DNA from: Yuukianura sp. NJ FZ-2021
Lineage: Eukaryota
NCBI GenBank assembly: GCA_046563655.1
Contig: CM102283.1
Location: 1,488,001-1,552,000, forward strand
Direction: 5' to 3'
Length of the DNA: 64,000 nucleotides
A model generated the notes under the pieces. That model was not told the DNA's origin and did no database searches. It worked only from the letters and a program-made list of their open reading frames with translations. This document shows positions 21,006 to 30,450 of the stretch, one piece after another. The translations under genes were made by a program, and so were the position numbers. The number at the start of each line of letters is the position of its first letter. Positions within the stretch are counted from its first letter, which is position 1.

Positions 21006-24000
21006 TTAGCGGTGATAACCTGCGAGCGTGCGATAATTGACTCTTTGTTTTTGTCTAAGTCTTGGTAAGTTTTCAGATTCATCGTTCGACGGAACTGAAT
21101 CATTTTTCTTTTGATTAAATTTTTGTTTTATTTTTCGGACAAAATATTGTTTAATTTGGGAAACATGCCGTCTCCCTACATGAGAATTGTCATCAATTCT
21201 TACTATTTCGTAAGTAATTGGAGTGGCTTTACTGCCAATTTTGTATGGACCTTCCCATTTATGGGATAATTTTTGTGCAATCCCTTCATCCTTACTGGAT
21301 AGGATATGCGTTTTAATGAGGACGAAGTCTCCTTCATTAAATGTCACATCACGGTGACTTTTGTTATAATACATTCGGTTTTTCTCATGGGCTATTTCCA
21401 TGTTTGCTCTCACGTACTCAATTAATTCTTTAAGTTCATTTGGAACTTTTTGAGCGTGGTTTAAGTCAACCTGAGTTGGACTTTGTTGTAAATTTCTGTC
21501 AAATGGCAATGGAATTTGCCTTCCCAGATTCAATAATGCTGGTGTGACTTTTGTTGTTTCATTTACGACTGTGCGTAATGCTAGAGCGAATTTTTGAATG
21601 TTTTGGTCCCATTTGTGATGACTTTCTTCGATGTATGCTTGAATCATTGTTTTGATGCTTCTATTGGTTCTCTCAGATTGATTGGCTTGAGGATGGTACT
21701 CAGCAATCATTTTATGTTTGATTTTCCATTTTTCACATAAATCTGCGATTATGTTGGAAGTAAATTGAGGTCCATGGTCTGAGATTATTGTGTGTGGAGA
21801 TCCGAATCTGCAGAAGATTTGATCTTCCAGTATTTCTTCAGTTTTCTTTGCAGTTGCCGCTGTCATGGGAAAAAGTTCAACCCATTTTGACAGTTCGTCT
21901 AGAACGACGAGTAAATATTTGCTTTGTTTTCCGCCCGCACTTGTTGGAAATGGACCTTGATAATCAACATGTATTGTTCCGAATACTTCGGATGGCGGTT
22001 TTGCAAATCCTAATTCTCCATAGGGTTTCCTATTTGAGATTTTTACTTTTTGGCATTTGTCACAAGTTTTGACATATTCTGCAATTTCTCTGTTCATATT
22101 GTTCCAATAGCATCTTTGTTTGATTCTTTCTTGAGTTTTTGTTCTCCCGAAGTGTCCGGCTTCTGGGGAGTCATGGAATATTTCCATTATTTTTGTTTTC
22201 ATAGTTTCTGGAATTACTGGTACCATGGTTTTTTCTTGATTTTTGTTAGGATCCTTGTCATTTTTGGGTAATTTTGAGTTGACTGGCTGTGTCTGAGGTT
22301 CATGACTCCTCTCTTCAGTTGTCTTCTCTTGATTTTGATTTGGTTTTTGTGCCGTAATAACGGTCTTTGGATGGCTGCAATCTGGTTTGAAACAAATTGT
22401 TTCATGACAAATTTTTGATTTGACTTGAGTCAATTTTGGTGAAGTTGCAGTCCTTCCTTTGAATGGTTTGATTTTTCGGAACAAAACGTTTCTGTCGAAG
22501 ACATAATTACTCGTAATGCTTGGCCGAACATTCTTCGTAACTTTGAGTTCGTTTATGATTTTTTGAGTTTGTGGATCTTTTCGTTGTTCCGTTGAAATAT
22601 CTTGTAATGATGGAGTACAGTAGACAAGTAGAAATGTTGGTAATAAAATGTTGTCTCTGTCTTGGAGCATGTCTGGATCGTTTTGTGTTTCTGGAAGACT
22701 GGCTCTTGAGAGTGCGTCTGCAACTACGTTTTCGGATCCTTTTCTGAATCTGATGGTTGCGTTCCAGGATGTGATCTCGATTGCCCATTTTGTAAGTTTG
22801 GCTTTTTTGTTTTTCATGGAATTTAAGTAACTGACTGCCTTGTTGTCAGTTTCGATTATGAAGGGGTGTCCTTCAATAAATTCTCTGAATTTGTCGTATG
22901 CAAAGATTATGGCATAAAGCTCTTTCTCATGAATATGAGCGCTTCGTTCTGACTTTTTGAGTGATTTGCTTGCAAACATGATTGGTCTTTCTTTGCCGTC
23001 AATTTCTTGGACAAGAACTGCTCCGAGTCCATTTTCTGAGGCATCACATTGCATGATTATTGGTTTTGAGTAATCGATTGTTTTTAGAATGACATCTTCT
23101 GCCATTGCTCTTTTGATTTCTTGAAATGCATTTTCTTGTTCTTGACCCCATCGCCATTTTACGTTCTTTCTGAGAAGATGATGTAATGGTTCGGCTTTTG
23201 AACTAAAGTTTTTGATGAAGGTGGCGTACCATGCGCACATTCCATGGAATCGTAAAATGTCTTGTTTGCATTGTGGAGTTGGAAATTCCATTATGGCCTT
23301 GACTTTTGAAGGTTGTTTGGTAATTCCATCTTGGCCAACAACATGACCAATGTAATGGACTTCAGTTTGTGCCCAAACTGATTTGATTCTATTAATTGTT
23401 AATTTCGCTTCTTTGAGTCTTTCAAGTGCTTTTTCAAGGTCAATGTAATGTTGTTCCAAGGTTGGTGAGTAAATCAGGATGTCATCAACGAAAATTTTGA
23501 TGAAAACGTCAATGTAATCTTGGAAAACGATTCTCATCAATGAAGTAAATGTTTTTGGTGAATTTTTCAATCCCATCGGCATCACTAGGAATTCGTAATG
23601 GCCGTCTTGTGTGATAAATGCGGTTTTCTCAATGCTGTTCTCGTGCATTGGAATTTGCCAAAATCCTGAGTTCATGTCGAGGACAGTGTACCAGTAGTTT
23701 GGCGGGATTGTTCGCAGGATGGAGTTGCAATTGTCCATTGGAGCTGCGTTTTTCTTCATACTTGCGTTAAGTTTGATGTAATTGATGCAGAGCCTGTACT
23801 TGTCTGAGTTTTTCTTTTTCTCTAACACCACTGGTGCTGAGTAAGGGGATCTGGACTGTCTCACCATTCCTTTTTGAATTAATTGCTCGATTTCTTGGTT
23901 GAGAACGTTTCTTAAGTTTGGAGCATATTTGTAAGGTCGGAGTTGAATTGGTCCGCCTTCTGTTTCTATTTCATGTCTGGTAAGATCTGTTCTGCCATTC

Positions 24001-24566
24001 AGATTGTCGTCTCTGGCGACTTCTGGGAATTTTTGAATTATTTCTAGAATTCTAGCTTCTTTTTTGTCTAATGGAGTTTTTCCATTTGGTTGTTCGTAAG
24101 TAAGGCTGAACAGAATAGCATTCTGTCGATTTTTGAATGAGAATATTGTTGGAAGTTTGTCTTCTGGTTTTGACTTAAACCAAAACTTTTCTCCTGAGAC
24201 ATCGAGAATGATTTCATGTTTCTTCATGACGTCTTTGCCAATGATAAGCGGAAATGGAAGGGTTTCCATTACGTATGCATTGGTGATTATGAGTTTGTCC
24301 AGGATCTTGAATTGGAGTCGAACTGATCCAATTGGTTGAATTTTTTGATTGTTTGCAATAATTAAAGTGAGATTATTGCTAGAGTTGAAATTCTTTTGAA
24401 TTTTCTTGGCTACTCTTTTGTGGATTAGAGTATAATCGCTTCCAGTGTCGAAAATGGCTTCGATTTCTGGTGTTTTTGATAAGATCAATGATGTTGCACC
24501 TTGGGATTTTTGAAATTTGAGGATTGGGAGAAGATAAGATGGTGCTGGGAGCTTATCTTCCCTCAA
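21006..24566 (-). CDS. pol: Pol polyprotein (aspartic protease, RT, RNase H, integrase)
   Basis: Protease FDTGS; RT VLDMNSGFWQI, MPMGLKNSP, FVDD; RNase H CDAS, EKELYA, TDNKA; integrase HDSPEAGH..CDKC, HVDY, SDHG, SERTN. No in-frame stops. Confidence 0.97.
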   Translation of the reverse strand: MREDKLPAPSYLLPILKFQKSQGATSLILSKTPEIEAIFDTGSDYTLIHKRVAKKIQKNFNSSNNLTLIIANNQKIQPIGSVRLQFKILDKLIITNAYVMETLPFPLIIGKDVMKKHEIILDVSGEKFWFKSKPEDKLPTIFSFKNRQNAILFSLTYEQPNGKTPLDKKEARILEIIQKFPEVARDDNLNGRTDLTRHEIETEGGPIQLRPYKYAPNLRNVLNQEIEQLIQKGMVRQSRSPYSAPVVLEKKKNSDKYRLCINYIKLNASMKKNAAPMDNCNSILRTIPPNYWYTVLDMNSGFWQIPMHENSIEKTAFITQDGHYEFLVMPMGLKNSPKTFTSLMRIVFQDYIDVFIKIFVDDILIYSPTLEQHYIDLEKALERLKEAKLTINRIKSVWAQTEVHYIGHVVGQDGITKQPSKVKAIMEFPTPQCKQDILRFHGMCAWYATFIKNFSSKAEPLHHLLRKNVKWRWGQEQENAFQEIKRAMAEDVILKTIDYSKPIIMQCDASENGLGAVLVQEIDGKERPIMFASKSLKKSERSAHIHEKELYAIIFAYDKFREFIEGHPFIIETDNKAVSYLNSMKNKKAKLTKWAIEITSWNATIRFRKGSENVVADALSRASLPETQNDPDMLQDRDNILLPTFLLVYCTPSLQDISTEQRKDPQTQKIINELKVTKNVRPSITSNYVFDRNVLFRKIKPFKGRTATSPKLTQVKSKICHETICFKPDCSHPKTVITAQKPNQNQEKTTEERSHEPQTQPVNSKLPKNDKDPNKNQEKTMVPVIPETMKTKIMEIFHDSPEAGHFGRTKTQERIKQRCYWNNMNREIAEYVKTCDKCQKVKISNRKPYGELGFAKPPSEVFGTIHVDYQGPFPTSAGGKQSKYLLVVLDELSKWVELFPMTAATAKKTEEILEDQIFCRFGSPHTIISDHGPQFTSNIIADLCEKWKIKHKMIAEYHPQANQSERTNRSIKTMIQAYIEESHHKWDQNIQKFALALRTVVNETTKVTPALLNLGRQIPLPFDRNLQQSPTQVDLNHAQKVPNELKELIEYVRANMEIAHEKNRMYYNKSHRDVTFNEGDFVLIKTHILSSKDEGIAQKLSHKWEGPYKIGSKATPITYEIVRIDDNSHVGRRHVSQIKQYFVRKIKQKFNQKKNDSVPSNDESENLPRLRQKQRVNYRTLAGYHR

Positions 24567-26203
24567 CAGTTTAACTGTTGGTTTGAGCTTTGAGTTTGTT
24601 GATTTTGACTCATGTTGGAGTCGTAAGTGTCGTACTCTTCATAGTACTCTTCCTGAGTAACTAGAGCTGTGCCTTGTTTGTTGGGACATTGATTTGTCGA
24701 GTGTCCGCGGCCTCTGCATTTTCTGCATTGAATGTTGTCAGAATTGCTGGCTGTGGCTTGATTATTTGAATTGTTTTGATTTTCTGAGGTTCCACGATAA
24801 TTGCTGTGGTAATTTGGGTCGAAATTTTTTCCTCTGTAATTGGAACGACGTCCACGGTAATTTCCTCTTTCGCCTCGTGTTGATCCTCGGTTGCCCCGAT
24901 TGGATCGACCTCTGTCATTTCCTCTTTGGGAATTTTCATTTTGAGGATTTTCCGTTTCTTTTTGTTCTTGGGTTTCAGCATTTTCATTGCGAGTGTTGTA
25001 GTAAGTTCGACCTCTTCCTCTGTATCGTCCCTTGTAGCTACCTCTTCCACGGGAATTGGTTTTTCGGGAATTGGAATTTGAATTTGAATCGTCTACTTGG
25101 TCTTTGTTTGAATTATTTTGACCTTTTTGGAATTTTCGTTCTTCGACGTTGCTCACTGCTGGAGCGACAATTGGTGGTAGACGATCTTTGCTCTTGGTTG
25201 CTTTGTCTTGTGCTGTCAAGTTGTCATGGACTGTGCGACAGTCATCAAATAAGGCTTGTGGAGAGTCGTACTCCTTGGTTCCCAGCATGGTTCTGATTCT
25301 TGGATACAGTGAGTTTTGAACTCTTAAGAGTGACTGAGCAGTGGTTTCATTTGGGAAACACAATTTTGAGAGTCTGAGCATTTCGTAAATATGAACTTCT
25401 GTGGGTTCATGAAGCAATTGAATTTTGTTTGTAAGGTATTTGACTCTGTTTCTGTGTTCGACTGGATTGTCGAATCTTCTGAGAAATTCAATTTTGAATC
25501 CGTTCCAAGTGTCGGTTTCATTATGGATGTGTTCCCACCATGCATGTGTTTCTTGGGGTAAAATGGATTTTACCATGTACAGCCATTGTTGGGGTGGAAA
25601 GCCTTGACTTGTAAAATATCGTTCTGCGTCCTTGAGAAACGATTCTGCTGTTGATTTTTTTGGATTAAATTTCGGAGCTGGAATTTGTGAATTGACTGAA
25701 GTCAATCTCACTGTTTGAAGTGCCTCCGTCAGCGTTTCAAGTGTGACGAGTTGACTGGGTCCAGCAATAGACGTATTAGAGCGTCTGTCAATTTGATTGG
25801 TTGCTGGGGCTCCTCGAACTAATGACGGTTGTCTAGATTCGTCTTGTGCTTTTGTTGCTCGGGCTCTGGCTTCTTTTGCTTGGTCCGCAGCATTAATTAC
25901 AACATGGAACATTTGTGTTAATTGGGCCATTTGTTCGTCTGAAAAGACTTGACCTTGGATTGGGTTGCTGCTTGGTCCTGGATTTGGATTTGGACGTGCC
26001 GGATTTAGGTTGGGAGCTGGCAAACCGACATCAAATAAACGTTGAAGGTCTTCTTCGAATTCTGTTTCTTGTTGATCAATTTGCTGTTGATCTAATTGTT
26101 GTTGATTTTGGTCTGTCGCCATTCTTCTTTGTCTTCCGCTTCGAGTGGTATCGGCAATTTCTGGATCGAGCGGTAGCAGATTTCTAAGCTCACGTTTACT
26201 CAT
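24563..26203 (-). CDS. gag: Gag (capsid-like region, RG-rich linker, CCHC knuckle)
   Basis: 546-aa ORF upstream of pol with CRKCRGRGHSTNQC. Pol is in the -1 frame at G-TTA-AAC just before the gag stop. Confidence 0.9.
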   Translation of the reverse strand: MSKRELRNLLPLDPEIADTTRSGRQRRMATDQNQQQLDQQQIDQQETEFEEDLQRLFDVGLPAPNLNPARPNPNPGPSSNPIQGQVFSDEQMAQLTQMFHVVINAADQAKEARARATKAQDESRQPSLVRGAPATNQIDRRSNTSIAGPSQLVTLETLTEALQTVRLTSVNSQIPAPKFNPKKSTAESFLKDAERYFTSQGFPPQQWLYMVKSILPQETHAWWEHIHNETDTWNGFKIEFLRRFDNPVEHRNRVKYLTNKIQLLHEPTEVHIYEMLRLSKLCFPNETTAQSLLRVQNSLYPRIRTMLGTKEYDSPQALFDDCRTVHDNLTAQDKATKSKDRLPPIVAPAVSNVEERKFQKGQNNSNKDQVDDSNSNSNSRKTNSRGRGSYKGRYRGRGRTYYNTRNENAETQEQKETENPQNENSQRGNDRGRSNRGNRGSTRGERGNYRGRRSNYRGKNFDPNYHSNYRGTSENQNNSNNQATASNSDNIQCRKCRGRGHSTNQCPNKQGTALVTQEEYYEEYDTYDSNMSQNQQTQSSNQQLNC

Positions 26204-26222
26204 TCAGCTTAGTTCTGCTGTA

Positions 26223-26808
26223 GGTTACTCTACTGAGTTACCTTAGGTTACCCTACTGGGTTACCTTTCGTTGGTTACCCTACTGGGTTACCATTCGTTG
26301 GTTACTCTACTGAGTTACCATGGAGGTTACCCTACTGGGTTACCTTAGTTTAGGTTACTCTACTAAGTTACCTTGAGGTTACCCTACTGGGTTACCTTTG
26401 AGGTTACCCTACTGGGTTACCTTAGTTAGGTTACTCTACTGAGTTACCTTGGAGGTTACACTACTGTGTTACCTTTGAGGTTACACTACTGTGTTACCTT
26501 GAGGTTACCCTACTGGGTTACCTATTTGTTAGGTTACTCTACTGAGTTACCTTGAGGTTACCCTACTGGGTTACCTTGGTTAGGTTACTCTACTGAGTTA
26601 CCTTGTAGGTTACACTACTGTGTTACCTTTGAGGTTACACTACTGCGTTACCTTGAGGTTACACTACTGTGTTACCTTTGAGGTTACACTACTGCGTTAC
26701 CTTGAGGTTACCCTACTGGGTTACCTTTTGTTAGGTTACTCTACTGAGTTACCTTAGAGGTTACACTACTGTGTTACCTTGATTCTTAGGTTGCCCTACT
26801 GGGCTACC
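26223..26808 (-). repeat. Tandem array of 23 covarying 20-nt hairpins in the element 5' leader
   Basis: Unit on + strand is GGTTAC(CC/TC/AC)TACT(GG/GA/GT)GTTACC with about 3-10 nt spacers. A 24th unit sits at 27178-27197. Confidence 0.95.
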
Positions 26809-27500
26809 TTTTAACGTAATACTTTGATTTTACGTTGTTTTTTAATAATTTTTTGTAAAAGGACTTTAATTTTTTTCTTTAATAGAGCGTAGGATTACGT
26901 TTTTGCGTTATTCCGTTTTGAATTTTATTTTTAATTTGTGTAATTTGTTTAATTTTTTCCAAATTTACTTTTTAAATTTGTTTGTAAAAGGAATTGTGCA
27001 ATTGAAAGTGAACGAAGAGACGCAGGATGTCTACTTCTACGTCCGCACTGGCTGCGTGTGTTTATGTTTACTTGTGCTTTGCTTTCGCTTTTTTTTTTTT
27101 GCACTGCAATTCCAGTGGAATTGCAAAAAAAGTTAATCTGAACTGTCCGTTATGTTTTTGTTGTCTCGTCTTCTGTCGGTTACTCTACTGAGTTACCGTT
27201 ATGAAAGGAGATAATGAGATATGCAAATCGACTGTCTTTAACGGGCCGTTGACTGTGAAGGACTCTATTTTTTTCTCTTCTTTTCCGGACTTTTTCACAA
27301 AATGGCGGCTGCCACGCTAACGGTGATTTTGCCGCTTCTGACCTTTGAGGTCGCGATTTCAATTCGATTTCCGGTTCATGTCGGTCATTGGTTATGCTGC
27401 CTTTGAATGTTTTTTGAATTTGGTATGTGTACCTTTGTTTTTTGCCTTTTGAAGTGATGATTTGTGGCTGCTTCTGACTGCGATTCCTTTGGAAACGATG

Positions 27501-27515
27501 TTCGGCTGGCTACCA
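27501..27515 (-). promoter_or_regulatory. Candidate primer-binding site
   Basis: TGGTAGCCAGCCGAA begins 10 nt inside the 5' LTR boundary. The cognate tRNA is not identified. Confidence 0.4.
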
Positions 27516-27525
27516 AGTCGTCACG

Positions 27526-27774
27526 TGCGGCAGACCGGGGATTCCGCTGTTGCTGAACTGACCTCTGACCTCGTTGGAGTGATGCACTACTCAATAAATT
27601 GACCTCAACTACTTGCTGGACTTGGTGTCCAGTGGTAATCTGCTTAGGAGATGTTCTTTATTTAACATCCAGAGAAAGACTGACAAGCATCTACCTAATC
27701 TACCTTACGTTAGATTGTGTGTTACACCTGTTGTCCAGTGGGGGTGGGTGTGGGTGGTGTACCGTCCCGCTACA
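27526..27774 (-). repeat. 5' LTR
   Basis: Identical to 18561-18809. Confidence 0.97.
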
Positions 27775-29537
27775 ATGAGGACGGTGTACTTTACCGTGCA
27801 AAAATTCTTGAGAAGGACGAAAAACGCGTCGAGGTAGAATACATTGACTACGGGAACCGGGAAGTTCTTCCATACACGGCTGTGTTTCAGGCTTCACTTG
27901 TGGACGTTACAATGGCATCATTCCCACCATTGGTACGTGGAATCCCTTATTATTCAATTCTCATAGTCATAACTTTTTTCTTTAAAAAAGTGAACTTGTT
28001 TTGTTTCAGGCTAAAAAAGCGTATCTCCGCTGGATCCAGGAGTTCAATGACCTGGAGAAGGCCCAGGACATTCTTACTTCCAAAACATGGAAAGTTGAGG
28101 TACGCAAATCGTTCAGAAACGGTTGTCCAATGGTTTGTCTCTTTGATCCGGCTGACTCAAGCGTCGTCAACAAGAAGTTGATTCTGGACGGCTTTGCCAA
28201 AAAGTCAGTTACTTCAAACTGAACCACCAATTTTTGAAAACATTGAACCATGTAGCTGCACAAGTTTTTGTTTTTTTTTTTTCTCAGTTGTTTCTTTGTT
28301 TATCTTTTTCGTTGTTGATAGATTACTCACTTGTGCACTACAGGCTATTTTTCAACTTCTTACCCAATTTTAACAAATTGGTTGTAATGTTTACATAAAA
28401 CATATAATAAAATATGTATTTAAAACTACAATAATTGTGTGAAGTAATTACTTAAGTTTGATTTAGGAACTTCGTCCGATGAAGAAGTTTAGTACTTTCA
28501 CCGTTTCACCTCCAACATTGAATTATTTCTCGCCATTTTTTAGTGGAGTAGGGAATGTCATAGGAGAAAGTGGCGGGAAAGTTAATTTAATTTTGGCTAC
28601 TCACTTTCCCAACCTCGAACTCCTTTCTGTCCTAAACTTGTCTCTGTCACTCCCAAGTCCCTGCTGAACTAATCTAAAAGTTAAGAGTTCATCTTCCTCA
28701 TTACTTCAACTTAACTTTAGGTAGCATAACCTACGAAATTTTGAACAAACCTAACCCTTGAAGTTTAAAATTTCAACCTTACTGGCCTCAAATATAAGCT
28801 GAAGTTGCACAATTTACGTTAGGTTAACGTAACCGAAAGATTTCGTAGATTGAGTAGATTTCATAATGAATTTCTCATACCTAGTAGAAAAGGAAAGTTA
28901 GGCAATAATGTTGAAAATAGAAAATTGAATTTCTTTTGTTTCTACTTTCTCCTTCTGGGCCGCACAACCAATAAAACTTTGCCCAATAATCTCTTCATCC
29001 CTTGCCCTTGCACAACTTTTGCACAACTTTGAACTTATACTGCCACTGCTCCAAATTAAATCTCCGCAGGCACTTCTGCCATGAAAAGTCTAACTTTTTT
29101 ATTTCCTTCCTCCGAAGTATTTCAATTAAAATTTCAAATTTAAATTTGTTTTTGTTTTTTAACACTCCACTAACCCCTGCCCTCCTCACTGACTCTTGAG
29201 CATTGACATTTTTCTTAAATAGAGCAGAAAGAAAGGAAAAACTTAAAAAAGTTGTTCCTTTTCGAAACACAATAGCTGCCTATGATACCGGCCTGTTCAA
29301 CTTTTTAATTAAATTTTCCTCCGAAGTTTTTTTTTTCGAGAACAACGAAACTAACCTGATGTCTAGCAAAGAAGTTTAGTCCGGAAGACTGTTTCAAAAT
29401 TCCGATTTTTTTTAGGAATAATAATAATTCAAAACGTGTGGATGGTATTTACAATTAACTTTCTAACAACTTTACATAAATTGTTATTATTATTTTTTAC
29501 AATTATTATTGATCTCTGATATAGTGAACTATAGGGC

Positions 29538-30122
29538 TTATTCCGGATTCCATCCACCTCCTCCTCCGCCATGATGCGACCCTCCTCCTCCTCCTCCAGG
29601 GTGGCTAGGGCGATGATTGCCACCTTCCCATCCTCCGCCTGGATGGTTGCCACCTCCTCCGCCTGGATGATGGTTGCCACCTTCCCAGCCTCCGCCTGGA
29701 TGATGGTTGCCACCTTCCCATCCTCCGCCGGGATGATGGTTGCCACCTTCCCATCCTCCGCCGGGATGATGGTTGCCACCTTCCCATCCTCCGCCTGGAT
29801 AATGGTTGCCACCTTCACCGCCAGGTTTGTGGTTGCCACCATCCCATCCTCCTCCCCCAGGATGATGGTTGCCACCCTCCCATCCTCTACCGCGAACTAG
29901 ACCCCAGTACTCGCGCGTGAGTCCTTGCTGTTCTTCGGTTTCCCCAATTTGGAGGATTTTCTTGGTATCATGTCCAGCGTCAATTTCAAATTCCAACCCA
30001 ACAACGTTTCCGTCCTTAACGTTGAAGGTAATTCCGTCCAAGTTCCCTACTTCCTCTTCCACTGGTACTCCATGACACACCAATATCAAAGTAGCAAACG
30101 TCAATAACGCAAAAAGCTTCAT
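29538..30122 (-). CDS. Secreted Gly/His/Trp-rich repeat protein
   Basis: Signal peptide MKLFALLTFATLILVCHG, acidic pro-like region, then about 8 GGWEGGNHHPGG-type repeats. Single exon. Confidence 0.75.
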   Translation of the reverse strand: MKLFALLTFATLILVCHGVPVEEEVGNLDGITFNVKDGNVVGLEFEIDAGHDTKKILQIGETEEQQGLTREYWGLVRGRGWEGGNHHPGGGGWDGGNHKPGGEGGNHYPGGGWEGGNHHPGGGWEGGNHHPGGGWEGGNHHPGGGWEGGNHHPGGGGGNHPGGGWEGGNHRPSHPGGGGGGSHHGGGGGGWNPE

Positions 30123-30450
30123 CGTGAATTCTAAAACTGAAGAGCATGGATTGTCATTGTCGTTTTATTTAAAATAAAATCAGCAAAAACATTGCATAAT
30201 TTCGAGGTTGTAAAACTCTCATTAGCTTTCATGCAATTTGGAAATTATGGGAATGATTTTGGTCCTCTTTTGTAAGCAATCATTAGAAAATATTTATAAA
30301 TATTAAAAAATATTTCCCAAGAATACAAGTTTAAATATTTCAGGCTTCCAAACCAGAATGAAACTATTCCCAAATAGTACTAAAAGCATCAAAATACTGC
30401 TAGGAATCGATGAAACTGAAACGTATGAACATCGTAGCTCATAGTGACAT

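Larger units (their letters stand above)
18561..27774 (-). mobile_element. Full-length Ty3/gypsy LTR retrotransposon with gag, pol and an exonuclease ORF3
   Basis: Identical 249-bp TG...CA LTRs, 4-bp TSD ATGA (18557-18560 and 27775-27778), and PR-RT-RH-IN domain order. Confidence 0.97.
17373..28222 (+). pseudogene. Two-Tudor-domain (extended Tudor, TDRD-like) gene disrupted in exon 4 by the LTR retrotransposon
   Basis: Exons 17373-17498, 17617-17877, 18001-18246, 18361-18560 plus 27779-27932, and 28010-28222, all GT-AG. Removing the element and one ATGA restores VYLAPYEDGVLYRAKILEKDEKRVEVEYIDYGNRE, a canonical Tudor aromatic cage. Confidence 0.85.

Noticed and set aside
26223-26808. CRISPR array
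   Set aside because: Spacers are only about 3-10 nt and not unique, there are no cas genes, and the context is a eukaryotic retroelement leader.
29429-29900. Alternative-frame repeat ORFs (ATIIQAEDGKV, MMVATFPSSA)
   Set aside because: Shadows of the Gly-rich repeat; only 29538-30122 has a signal peptide.
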